Virus record (IMG/VR): IMGVR_UViG_3300037484_000435
Coordinates: 96,001 to 160,000 of that record
Source of the DNA: a virus
Lineage: Duplodnaviria; Caudoviricetes
Direction: 5' to 3' (one strand)
Length of the DNA: 64,000 nt
The notes below the pieces were generated by a model. The model did no database searches and was not told the DNA's origin. It saw only the letters and a program-made list of their open reading frames with translations. Made by a program: the position numbers and the translations under genes. Of this stretch, positions 1 to 8,432 are shown one piece after another; the stretch's first letter is position 1, and the number at the start of each line of letters is the position of its first letter.

Positions 1-318
1 AGGGTCACCATACAAATCTGTAAGTTTGTAAATTACGGAATCGACCGACAGCCCCAGGACGAGCACTGGGGCTACCGTATATACGATGACTACGGAGTCA
101 ACTATGACAATCTGTATGATACTCTAGAAGATGTGTTTGATGAACTGGACCCCGACACTATCTTAGAGTTTATACAAGAAAGGCACGATGACTTTCTTGA
201 ATCAGTCCTCTATTCAGGAGGATTATATCTATGTGATGACTGGATAGACATCACGGAGCAGATGAATGATAGCGAACGAGAAAGAATCCGTAAACTGCGA
301 GGACTGGATACCTTTTAA
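1..318 (+). CDS. hypothetical protein, 5'-partial
   Basis: Frame 1 is open from base 1 (RVTIQICKFVNYG...) and continues into ORF 133..318. Confidence 0.6.
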   Translation, partial: RVTIQICKFVNYGIDRQPQDEHWGYRIYDDYGVNYDNLYDTLEDVFDELDPDTILEFIQERHDDFLESVLYSGGLYLCDDWIDITEQMNDSERERIRKLRGLDTF

Positions 319-646
319 TAAAGGAATTGAAGTCAACAATTATATTGTTATAAAACGACGTAAAGGCGAGAACACTAAGTGGGATATCCTAGAAATTGAG
401 TCTATGAAAGGTGACTGGAACGATCTAGTCTTTACGCTCTTTGAAAATTACGGGCAGTTTCAAGACCAAGTTGCCCACCTGTCTAACCGTGCCGCACGAC
501 ATGACAAACTGGACTCCATAGCGGCGGAATATGCAAGCAAAAATGTACCTTATGAATTTGTGCTAGCAGATGGCACAGATGATTGGTACATTGCTTACGT
601 AAAGCCTGTTATCTACAGGATGGACCCAGACGGGAGTCTGAGATGA
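266..646 (+). CDS. hypothetical protein
   Basis: 126-aa ORF in a co-directional gene string. Confidence 0.55.
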   Translation: MIANEKESVNCEDWIPFNKGIEVNNYIVIKRRKGENTKWDILEIESMKGDWNDLVFTLFENYGQFQDQVAHLSNRAARHDKLDSIAAEYASKNVPYEFVLADGTDDWYIAYVKPVIYRMDPDGSLR

Positions 647-900
647 AATATTTAGTTATGGTCTATCCCTACAACACTGACGAACTGGTCGCAGTTTCCG
701 TATATAATTTTGAAAGCATACCTACACCAAGTGGTGTTTTTATGTTTGTATTGGAAGCAGACTCTGAGGACGAAGCTCGTGTGATTGGGCAAAGGAATTG
801 GCAGGACTACGAGAAGGAATCGTTGGCCCTCGGAGAAAAGCATCGCGAAGAGAACTACAAACTTTGTCGCAAATTTAAAGTGCTGGGATACCACGAATAA
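643..900 (+). CDS. hypothetical protein
   Basis: ATG at 643 overlaps the upstream stop (ATGA), with GGGAG upstream; MKYLVMVYPY... Confidence 0.6.
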   Translation: MKYLVMVYPYNTDELVAVSVYNFESIPTPSGVFMFVLEADSEDEARVIGQRNWQDYEKESLALGEKHREENYKLCRKFKVLGYHE

Positions 901-910
901 CAACAATCTA

Positions 911-940
911 ACTGGGGATGTATTTTACATCCTCAGTTTA
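911..940 (+). terminator. hairpin, probable intrinsic terminator
   Basis: ACTGGGGATGTA-TTT-TACATCCTCAGT, a 12-bp stem with one G.T pair, just after the stop at 900. Confidence 0.55.
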
Positions 941-963
941 ACAAGGAATTAACAAGGAATTAA
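938..963 (+). repeat. tandem 11-bp duplication (TTAACAAGGAA x2) containing the RBS of ORF 965
   Basis: ttaacaaggaa ttaacaaggaa ttaa read directly. Confidence 0.8.
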
Positions 964-964
964 T

Positions 965-1459
965 ATGGCATTAGTATTTGGTAGAGCTATCTCAGCCAGT
1001 GAGATGGTAAAAATATTTCCTCCGCATATAAAAACTGATATGGACCTTCTTATGGCTAGGATGCGTGTGCCCATCAAGGAAAAAGAAAGTCCGAAGTTTG
1101 AAGTGACAAACATAAGCACACGAGTAACCAGAGAACCTGTAGTTAAAATAGTCGACCTGCACACACCCACAACAATTCTCCCCGAAGAACATAAGTATTC
1201 TGTGGAGATACTGGGGCAACTCAAAGATATTTTGGGGGTCGACTTAGCAGGATACTTTGATGTGGAAGTCAGTATACGGGACAAGGATGCTGTTGTGAGG
1301 TTGTTCTATAAAGGTAACGCCTTAGGTGTAGGAGTACATAAAAGCACAGCCGCGGCCCTGTCAGACGCAATAGGCTACGGGGTAGTTCCCTCACTTAAAC
1401 AATTGCAACGTGACCTGAAAGAAATACTAAAGAAACTTCCGTGGATTGGTGCGAAATGA
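965..1459 (+). CDS. hypothetical protein
   Basis: 164-aa ORF with AAGGA RBS. Confidence 0.65.
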   Translation: MALVFGRAISASEMVKIFPPHIKTDMDLLMARMRVPIKEKESPKFEVTNISTRVTREPVVKIVDLHTPTTILPEEHKYSVEILGQLKDILGVDLAGYFDVEVSIRDKDAVVRLFYKGNALGVGVHKSTAAALSDAIGYGVVPSLKQLQRDLKEILKKLPWIGAK

Positions 1460-1773
1460 ATTCAAAGGAACGGTGGATAGTGGGGGCTATAGAAGCAATA
1501 TTATTTATCATAATAATATCGTTTGTAATCACTATCAACCAAAAGGTGAATCAAGTAATAACCGCCCAACAAAAATTAGATAAACAATTATCTGTCCTTT
1601 CACCGCTATTGGAAGATTCCTCTATGTCAAGTGTTAATAACTTGGCTCTAAGACGGATGATAAATTCATTAAACTCTATAGAGCGGTTCGTAAGAACTAC
1701 TCCATTAGTAGAATGCGGAAACTGGAATGATAGACAACAACAAAAAAGAGCTGTTCTCGAAAACAGTAAGTAA
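1456..1773 (+). CDS. membrane-anchored coiled-coil protein
   Basis: N-terminal hydrophobic stretch WIVGAIEAILFIIIISFVITI; ATG overlaps the upstream stop. Confidence 0.6.
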   Translation: MNSKERWIVGAIEAILFIIIISFVITINQKVNQVITAQQKLDKQLSVLSPLLEDSSMSSVNNLALRRMINSLNSIERFVRTTPLVECGNWNDRQQQKRAVLENSK

Positions 1774-2806
1774 TTACTCAACCATCCACATCTTTATGCA
1801 CGATCAGCCCGCCCCTGACCCAGACTCGATTGGATCGGCAGTTGGATTATCCAAGTTGCTTAAAGATGTTTTCCAGAAAAAAGTCATTATTCATGGTATA
1901 CCTACGGACCACCGTATGAATACAAAGATGGTATCCGAGCTTGATATAACTCTACTAGACCCTAGGGACAAAGAATCGATGAGCACGTTGGTTGACAACG
2001 ATGACCACGGTTTTATGCTGGTAGACTGCACCCTTAAATCAGGTTCATTCCACTTCACTGAACACTTGGGGGATAAGAAACCGCTCTGGATATTGGACCA
2101 CCACCCCAACAAAGAAGAATCGGAAACCGCAACCTTGGATTTACAGGCTGTGGGCTCATGTGCAACCATCGTGACGGAATACCTCCGTGCCTTCGATGTC
2201 GCATTCGATTCTGAAAACAAAAACGATCGTAATGTTGCGACCGCCCTGATGTTAGGCTTGATGGTGGACACAGATAACCTCCGAAGCGAGGATGTAGATG
2301 TAAAGCGGGACGTTGACACCTTTATCTACTTGAGGTCACATTACAACCTAGACCTGTTTAACAGCATCATGAAATACGATATACCTCGTTACTTCAACGA
2401 CGCTTTGCAGGCTACCAACCGAGAAAAGAACCAACAAGTAACTGAACCCTATGCTATTCTGACTCCCGGCTTCCTGAAAGAGGAGCGGTTAGGAGTCTTG
2501 TCTTTCATAGCAGATTACTGGATTCGGGTTGAGCGGATAAACATTGTGGTTGCGTTCGCCATCTCTGGCAACGAAATCATAGCATCCATACGTACCAAAA
2601 CAGGAACCAAAGCGTCTGACTTAGTCAAACCTCTTTTTCCTACGGGTCGTGGAGGGGGCAAAAAGTTTGCATCTAGGGCCATGTGCACAGTCAATGGTAT
2701 GTTTGACGTGGGCCTGTTGGATGAAGCTGGAAAAGAAGCCCTCTTGGTTCTGACAATGACCACACTAGTAGCTCGTATGAAAATATTCTTAGACGCAGAT
2801 GAGTAG
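1727..2806 (+). CDS. DHH/DHHA1 family phosphoesterase (NrnA-like)
   Basis: Motifs PDPDSIGSA, MLVDC, ILDHH, GLMVDTDNL; C-terminal SIRT...GRGGGK resembles DHHA1. Confidence 0.85.
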   Translation: MIDNNKKELFSKTVSNYSTIHIFMHDQPAPDPDSIGSAVGLSKLLKDVFQKKVIIHGIPTDHRMNTKMVSELDITLLDPRDKESMSTLVDNDDHGFMLVDCTLKSGSFHFTEHLGDKKPLWILDHHPNKEESETATLDLQAVGSCATIVTEYLRAFDVAFDSENKNDRNVATALMLGLMVDTDNLRSEDVDVKRDVDTFIYLRSHYNLDLFNSIMKYDIPRYFNDALQATNREKNQQVTEPYAILTPGFLKEERLGVLSFIADYWIRVERINIVVAFAISGNEIIASIRTKTGTKASDLVKPLFPTGRGGGKKFASRAMCTVNGMFDVGLLDEAGKEALLVLTMTTLVARMKIFLDADE

Positions 2807-3118
2807 ATGAATGTAAGAAAATTAAAAGTATACCACGAATGTGCTGTAGGATGTCCAACATGCTATGGTTCAGGAGAGGGTATGTATGACGGGTCCAGAG
2901 GGTGTCAATCGTGTAAAGGCACGGGCACCCTATGGAACGACGGAGAAGTTACAGACCAATTTGAAGTTGAATGGTCAAAAGAGAATTTTGATGATTTGGA
3001 GATTATTGACGGGACCAATGACCGACAATGCCAGTACTGTGGGCAAAACTTATTGGAAAACATAATTGAAGAATTATCGTGGAAATTAAAGGAAGAAATT
3101 AATGAAAGTAAACTTTAA
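2807..3118 (+). CDS. zinc-binding protein with DnaJ-type CxxCxGxG repeats
   Basis: CPTCYGSG and CQSCKGTG, plus a distal CQYC. Confidence 0.7.
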   Translation: MNVRKLKVYHECAVGCPTCYGSGEGMYDGSRGCQSCKGTGTLWNDGEVTDQFEVEWSKENFDDLEIIDGTNDRQCQYCGQNLLENIIEELSWKLKEEINESKL

Positions 3119-3359
3119 ATGTCCCGAGTGTGACCATGATATACTTGTAGAGATTTCGACCGCCACCGAGTCGATACCTGTGGTATACGCAGAAAAAACT
3201 ACCGGTGGTAGTACCCTGTTAGATTATGGAGATTCGTTCGGTATAGACTATGATGACGCCCCACAATCTTATAGGTGTGCACTCTGTGACAAGAAGATTG
3301 CTACAGATTCAGATGAACTTTACGCATGGCTTAAATTCCAAGGAATGCTAGAAGATTGA
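3102..3359 (+). CDS. zinc-ribbon protein, paralog family member A
   Basis: VNFKCPEC...YRCALC...ELYAWLKFQGML. Confidence 0.75.
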   Translation: MKVNFKCPECDHDILVEISTATESIPVVYAEKTTGGSTLLDYGDSFGIDYDDAPQSYRCALCDKKIATDSDELYAWLKFQGMLED

Positions 3360-3616
3360 CAACACGAAAAATAAAATTTAAATGCCCTAAATGTGGTGAT
3401 AAGACTCTCTGTATCAACCAATTATCATTTGAATCCATGAGCGTTGATGAAGAGATGGAAGATGACCGTTTTCTTTCAACAGATTATACCTTGGATTATG
3501 AGTTGGATTCAGTTCTTAGTATAGGTTGCTTTAAGTGCGGGTTTGTGGTTGGCTCGGATGTAAGTGACGCCTGCAAGTGGTTGATTGATAATGATATGAC
3601 GGAGGTAACTGCATGA
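3356..3616 (+). CDS. zinc-ribbon protein, paralog family member B
   Basis: IKFKCPKC...IGCFKC...DACKWLIDNDM. Confidence 0.75.
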   Translation: MTTRKIKFKCPKCGDKTLCINQLSFESMSVDEEMEDDRFLSTDYTLDYELDSVLSIGCFKCGFVVGSDVSDACKWLIDNDMTEVTA

Positions 3617-3891
3617 TAGACTACACATTTATTTGTCCTTATTGTCTTCAACGAGCAAACATAATCGAACGGTGCTTAATTATACGGGACACGAGAATGA
3701 TTGGGTTCTATCAATATGAGGGCTTCGATTACCCCCATCCCGAATTTAGTGCAGACGAAGATTTTGATACAGATGGTGGGGAATATTCTTACGTATGCTC
3801 TAACTGTGAGCATGAGTTACGAACTACATATGAGCAACTTTATAACTATATAAAGGAACATGGGTCCTTAACCGTAACGGAGGTGACTTAA
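3613..3891 (+). CDS. zinc-ribbon protein, paralog family member C
   Basis: YTFICPYC...YVCSNC...QLYNYIKEHGSL. Confidence 0.75.
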   Translation: MIDYTFICPYCLQRANIIERCLIIRDTRMIGFYQYEGFDYPHPEFSADEDFDTDGGEYSYVCSNCEHELRTTYEQLYNYIKEHGSLTVTEVT

Positions 3892-3895
3892 TGCA

Positions 3896-4423
3896 ATGTT
3901 AGACTACAACAGACTGATCGCGACATGGAACGAATTTATACAAGAATACCCAGACGCTATTGATATAGCGGAATTTGATATTCTAAAAGAAGATGCCTAC
4001 ATAAAAAAAGTAGGTAGTAAATGGTGTATTTTCTCTGAAGATGGCCGCAATCTAGGATGCAAAGGTTCCAAAAAAGAAGCAGAAGATCGGCTCGCTGAGA
4101 TTGAAATGTTCAAACATATGAAGAGCGGGCAGGAAGAAAGTGTAAAAAAATCTAGGCGTAAATTCTGCATATGTGATAACTGCGGAGTCGAGTTCACTAC
4201 AACCAAAGAGTGCGACCTAACCAAGTGCCCGTCATGCGGAGAGTACAAGGGTGTGGATGTCGAAGACGAAGAGATGACGCAGAACTCTGAGAAGACTATC
4301 GCTAAACAGGAATGTTACTGCCCTGATTGTGGCCGAGAGTTTTTTGTAAGCACCATGTGCCACCTTGAGCGGTGTAGATATTGCGGCGGGGATGATTTGG
4401 AAGAAATCACAGGAGAACTTTAA
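3896..4423 (+). CDS. hypothetical protein with a small phage module and two Zn-finger units
   Basis: YIKKVGSKWCIFSEDGRNLGC...EAEDRLAEIEMFKH, a module I recognise from other phage proteins; CDNC/CPSC and CPDC/CRYC pairs. Confidence 0.65.
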   Translation: MLDYNRLIATWNEFIQEYPDAIDIAEFDILKEDAYIKKVGSKWCIFSEDGRNLGCKGSKKEAEDRLAEIEMFKHMKSGQEESVKKSRRKFCICDNCGVEFTTTKECDLTKCPSCGEYKGVDVEDEEMTQNSEKTIAKQECYCPDCGREFFVSTMCHLERCRYCGGDDLEEITGEL

Positions 4424-4441
4424 GGAGGTAACTAGTTTGGG

Positions 4442-4825
4442 ATTACTGAACATGATATAATAGCGATCGACCTCGCAACGCAGATCGCACAAAATAGTGA
4501 CTACAGGCAAAGACATGGAGCCGTACTTTACAAGAGGAGTAAGATAATTAGTGTAGGGTTTAATAGACTGAAGACTCACCCTAAGGCATTGCCTTTTTAT
4601 AAATATCCGTTTATCCATGCGGAGATGGACACTATAATACGAGCCCCAGAAAATGAAATTTTGGGTGCTAGTCTTGCTTGCGTCAGGATTAACAGGAGCG
4701 AGGACATCAGGCACTCCCATCCCTGCCCAGAATGTATGCGGATGATGCGTTACTATGGGATAGCTTACATAGTATACTCTACCCAAGACGGAATAGAGAA
4801 AGAATTCCTAAGAACAAAACAATGA
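4442..4825 (+). CDS. zinc-dependent cytidine/dCMP deaminase-like protein (start uncertain)
   Basis: HGAVL...IISVGFN...IHAEMD...PCPECM (HxE/PCxxC). The frame is open from 4436 with no ATG/GTG/TTG before 4589, so an ATT/ATA start is assumed. Confidence 0.75.
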   Translation: MTEHDIIAIDLATQIAQNSDYRQRHGAVLYKRSKIISVGFNRLKTHPKALPFYKYPFIHAEMDTIIRAPENEILGASLACVRINRSEDIRHSHPCPECMRMMRYYGIAYIVYSTQDGIEKEFLRTKQ

Positions 4826-5340
4826 AATTTAAAGACATACCCAAGTTCACTCGGTGTGCGAACTACCGTGTTACACAACCGTGGAACTATATGAAAGGTT
4901 GGATTGATAAGAACATCGAGGAGCTGAACCTCGATATGAATCCAGATTTCCAACGTGCTTATGTGTGGACTCCTGAACAGAAATCGAGATATGTGGAATA
5001 CATATTGAAGGGGGGAGTATCTGGAAAAGAAATTTATTTTAACTGCGTGGGATGGATGATGGATTTTCAAGGACCCTTCGTAATTGTAGACGGAAAACAA
5101 AGGGTAAATGCTGTGCTGGAATTTCTAGATAATAAAGTCGCAATATTCGGTAACAACTTTTACCAAGATTTTGAAGATAAACTCGGAACGATGGATGCTT
5201 ATCTTTTGTTTAATGTTAATGACCTCCCTACACGGCGTGAAGTCCTGCAATGGTATCTTGACTTAAATACTGGTGGGACAATACACAGCGAGGACGAATT
5301 GAATAAGGTAAAAAGGTTATTGAAGCAGGAAAAAGTTTAA
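4822..5340 (+). CDS. DUF262 (ParB-like/GmrS-type) domain protein
   Basis: PDFQRAYVW...EQKSRYVEYILKG...IVDGKQR. Confidence 0.85.
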   Translation: MKFKDIPKFTRCANYRVTQPWNYMKGWIDKNIEELNLDMNPDFQRAYVWTPEQKSRYVEYILKGGVSGKEIYFNCVGWMMDFQGPFVIVDGKQRVNAVLEFLDNKVAIFGNNFYQDFEDKLGTMDAYLLFNVNDLPTRREVLQWYLDLNTGGTIHSEDELNKVKRLLKQEKV

Positions 5341-5342
5341 TT

Positions 5343-6701
5343 ATGTCAAAAGTCACAAAATTATCTGGCCCCGACCCAGGGGCATTCGATGAAACAATTA
5401 AATGGAACGTTTTGAGTTGCGGAAATATAGAGGTTAACTCAAATAAATATTACGTAATTGAGATACAACGTAATCGTAATACTGGGGAGCACCGCGTTTA
5501 CACGCAATATGGGAGAATAGGCTCATCTGCCGTGTATGAAATGCGGGGGCCTTATTCAGAGTATGACGCCACAAAAGATTTTGAATCAATTCTTAAGGCG
5601 AAACAACGCGGAAAAACGGGTGGAACTAGCAAGTATGCTATAGTGGATGTGATTACACCCACCGTGGGTTCCTACAATATACGAGGAAAAGCACAAACTA
5701 TAAAGGTAGACAGCTCTAAGGACATGGTGGCCCAGTCAAGCCACAAGTTCACACCAGATGTAATGCGGTTGCTCAACCAATTTGCTGACGAAAACATACA
5801 TAATATTACGTCAACAACTAGCATGTCGTTCACATCGCAAGGACTAGAAACAGCACTAGGACCAGTAACAGAGTCCCATGTGCAAAAGGCCAGAGAAGAA
5901 CTCCAAGCTATCCAAACGATAGTAAAGTCTAATGGTGGTAAAGTTTCGAGTCCCTATCACGATTTTGTGCAGGCTAATAATCGTTACCTAAGCCTGATTC
6001 CACATACCTTTGGGAGAAAAATAACTGAGTCTGATTGGATTGCGGACGACTCTAAATTGATTGAAGAGTTTGATTTGTTGGACCAGTTAGAGGCGGCGGT
6101 CAAGCTAGGCCTAAAATCCAACGCCCCCCAACAGTTCAAAGGATTGGATACAGACATCTTTACTGTTGCGGACCCAAAGCCGTTTATAGAAATGGTTAAC
6201 AAAACCAAAGCTCATACCCACCTCAATAGATGGCAGGTAAAGAATGCTTACGAAATAACTATATCCAAAGAACGTGCTCGCTTTGATGTGAACAGTTCCA
6301 AATACGGAAATTACAAGGATTTCTTCCACGGCTCAACCAACTGTAATTTTCTTTCTATATTATTGGGTGGATTAATCATACCAGGGCACGGCGATGGAAT
6401 CGCAATAGCTGGTAGAATGTTTGGAAATGGAATCTATGGAGCGACAAGCTCAACAAAGTCCCTAAACTATTCCGTAGGAAGTTGGACAGGAAGGAGGAAC
6501 AAATATTCAAACGCGTTTCTTCTGAGAGTTAAATTTGCCATGGGTAAAATCTATGAGCCCACCCGATCTGGGAGTCCACCCTCAGGTTATAATAGTGTGG
6601 CAGCTTATGCAAAGAAAACTGGTTTACAAAACGACGAATTTATTGTTTATAATTTAGAGCAATGCACAATAACGCATCTGCTCGAACTCGAACAGCGATG
6701 A
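5343..6701 (+). CDS. poly(ADP-ribose) polymerase: WGR, helical regulatory and catalytic domains
   Basis: NSNKYYVIE...TQYGRIG (WGR); NRYLSLIPHTFG (regulatory domain); FHGS, GRMFGNGIYGA..STKSLNY and NDEFIVY (H-Y-E triad). Confidence 0.92.
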   Translation: MSKVTKLSGPDPGAFDETIKWNVLSCGNIEVNSNKYYVIEIQRNRNTGEHRVYTQYGRIGSSAVYEMRGPYSEYDATKDFESILKAKQRGKTGGTSKYAIVDVITPTVGSYNIRGKAQTIKVDSSKDMVAQSSHKFTPDVMRLLNQFADENIHNITSTTSMSFTSQGLETALGPVTESHVQKAREELQAIQTIVKSNGGKVSSPYHDFVQANNRYLSLIPHTFGRKITESDWIADDSKLIEEFDLLDQLEAAVKLGLKSNAPQQFKGLDTDIFTVADPKPFIEMVNKTKAHTHLNRWQVKNAYEITISKERARFDVNSSKYGNYKDFFHGSTNCNFLSILLGGLIIPGHGDGIAIAGRMFGNGIYGATSSTKSLNYSVGSWTGRRNKYSNAFLLRVKFAMGKIYEPTRSGSPPSGYNSVAAYAKKTGLQNDEFIVYNLEQCTITHLLELEQR

Positions 6702-6907
6702 GGCTAGAAAGGACAGATAAAATGAAACCTGTGGAAGTCTATTGTTGTGGAGAAGTCATCTCTTGCACCGACGCAGTTAACGTATGCGATACATGCGGGG
6801 CTGAGTATGACATTGAGGGTGACAAAATAACTAACAAAAAACTTTGGACTAATACTAACATAGACGATCTGTGCGACTCAACAGACGTAATCATAGTAAA
6901 CGAATAA
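6698..6907 (+). CDS. small Cys-rich zinc-binding protein
   Basis: VYCCGEVISC...NVCDTCGAEY; similar to the next ORF. Confidence 0.6.
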   Translation: MRLERTDKMKPVEVYCCGEVISCTDAVNVCDTCGAEYDIEGDKITNKKLWTNTNIDDLCDSTDVIIVNE

Positions 6908-7170
6908 TGAGGCTTCCGATGAGTAGAGTAATTCAATATGGCTCCAGTGTTGTAGATGAACATGGGGTCTTACAAAAGAAATATACTGTAGTTGAATGTT
7001 GTGGTGATGAACTTTATTGTTATGGATTTACAAACACGTGCCCAATTTGTGGTGCTGATTATAACCAAGCAGGACAACGACTAGCACCAAGAGAACAGTG
7101 GGGCGAAGAAACAGGTGAGCATTATACAGATATACTCAACATGCGTGAACCGTGGGATGACAATTATTGA
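6907..7170 (+). CDS. small Cys-rich zinc-binding protein
   Basis: VECCGDELYC...NTCPICGADY; TAATG coupling to the upstream gene. Confidence 0.65.
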   Translation: MRLPMSRVIQYGSSVVDEHGVLQKKYTVVECCGDELYCYGFTNTCPICGADYNQAGQRLAPREQWGEETGEHYTDILNMREPWDDNY

Positions 7171-7333
7171 GGAAGACAAGAAACTTGAGATAGATTGGGA
7201 AGGGGCATTTGATGAAGCTGTGACTCTATTCGTACAAAAGGGAGGACTGATTGATACTCTTAGACTTGAGGAAGTTAGAGCCGAACTAATCGCCCGCCAC
7301 ACCCATTACGTCGATATTGTGGACACACAATGA
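7157..7333 (+). CDS. hypothetical protein
   Basis: MTIIEEDKK..., overlaps both neighbours. Confidence 0.45.
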   Translation: MTIIEEDKKLEIDWEGAFDEAVTLFVQKGGLIDTLRLEEVRAELIARHTHYVDIVDTQ

Positions 7334-8016
7334 TAACCACCAATAAAAATCCTAACATGATTACTGCTTGTGAGGCGGCTGAAAGCTACGCACAAATGAA
7401 GAAAGCGGATTATATGTTTTCACTCATTGATTATTTAGTAAGTGGTCTTAGTTCCTGTAGTCATGAATTAATCATACCACCTAATATATTTGGAGTGTAC
7501 AGGTGTGTAAAATGTGGGTTGCGATTTTCCCTCCGTTCACTCCGAGAAAGAAACAGAAGAGAGGTTTCAAAACAAATGTGTACAGTAGATGAAGAAAGAA
7601 TCATAAAGATGAAAGTGGAGGAGTTCCTCCAACAAGGTAAGATGTTTACCTCAGTCGACATTGCAAACGAAATAAAATTATCAGGGACGTGGATTCGTAA
7701 CCGCGACGTTGCAGGCTACTTGAGGGGCAATGCTATGAGTCTCGCCCGTATGCTCATGATGGTGTATAGACAAACCCTAATTCCTGTTACATTGGACGAT
7801 GGGACAGTGTCTGAAACTTATTTGTACCACCCGATACAGACAGATGCCAGTGAATACACCACTACAAACCAGCGAGCTTTAGACCCGCTCACCGCTAACC
7901 ACCCGAGATCGGCATCGATACACATACAAGCTGCCCCACCAGTGGTATCAAACCCAACACCTGTGGATACTACACCGAGTTTCGATATCAATCCTTGGCG
8001 AGTAGCTAGTGTCTGA
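7330..8016 (+). CDS. hypothetical protein
   Basis: 228-aa ORF with CVKC and a Pro-rich tail. Confidence 0.6.
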   Translation: MITTNKNPNMITACEAAESYAQMKKADYMFSLIDYLVSGLSSCSHELIIPPNIFGVYRCVKCGLRFSLRSLRERNRREVSKQMCTVDEERIIKMKVEEFLQQGKMFTSVDIANEIKLSGTWIRNRDVAGYLRGNAMSLARMLMMVYRQTLIPVTLDDGTVSETYLYHPIQTDASEYTTTNQRALDPLTANHPRSASIHIQAAPPVVSNPTPVDTTPSFDINPWRVASV

Positions 8017-8314
8017 TTGGAAATTACCGGGCGATCAACGACGAAAATTGTTTCGCCGTTATGTGGACCTCCAAATGCGACATGTGCATGAGGAGGTCTT
8101 CAAATATGTGAGTGAAGTTAGGAGTGATTTGTGTATCAACGATATAATGGATGACATACCAGATTTAATGTATCATTCATTCTACGAGCGTCCTCGCGAC
8201 CCGAAAGCAGTTGAAGAGATGTTATCAATACACAAATTATTAACGGAGAAAAAAGATGGACCAACCAACGAAATTGACACACCTAGCAAGCCTGAACAAG
8301 CAGGCCTCAATTGA
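8009..8314 (+). CDS. hypothetical protein
   Basis: 101-aa ORF. Confidence 0.5.
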   Translation: MSDWKLPGDQRRKLFRRYVDLQMRHVHEEVFKYVSEVRSDLCINDIMDDIPDLMYHSFYERPRDPKAVEEMLSIHKLLTEKKDGPTNEIDTPSKPEQAGLN

Positions 8315-8426
8315 TCAGCTCAAACATGAGTTAGATATACTAGAAAAATACTTTCTAGTCCATGGTACTTTCGAGCAAGCCCTGAAAAGTATACACCAAA
8401 CAATTAAGACGATCGAGAAGGAATAG
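8256..8426 (+). CDS. small hypothetical protein (below the ORF-track cutoff)
   Basis: GGAG RBS then MDQPTKLTHLASLNKQ...KE*; fills the gap before 8433. Confidence 0.45.
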   Translation: MDQPTKLTHLASLNKQASIDQLKHELDILEKYFLVHGTFEQALKSIHQTIKTIEKE

Positions 8427-8432
8427 TAATTG

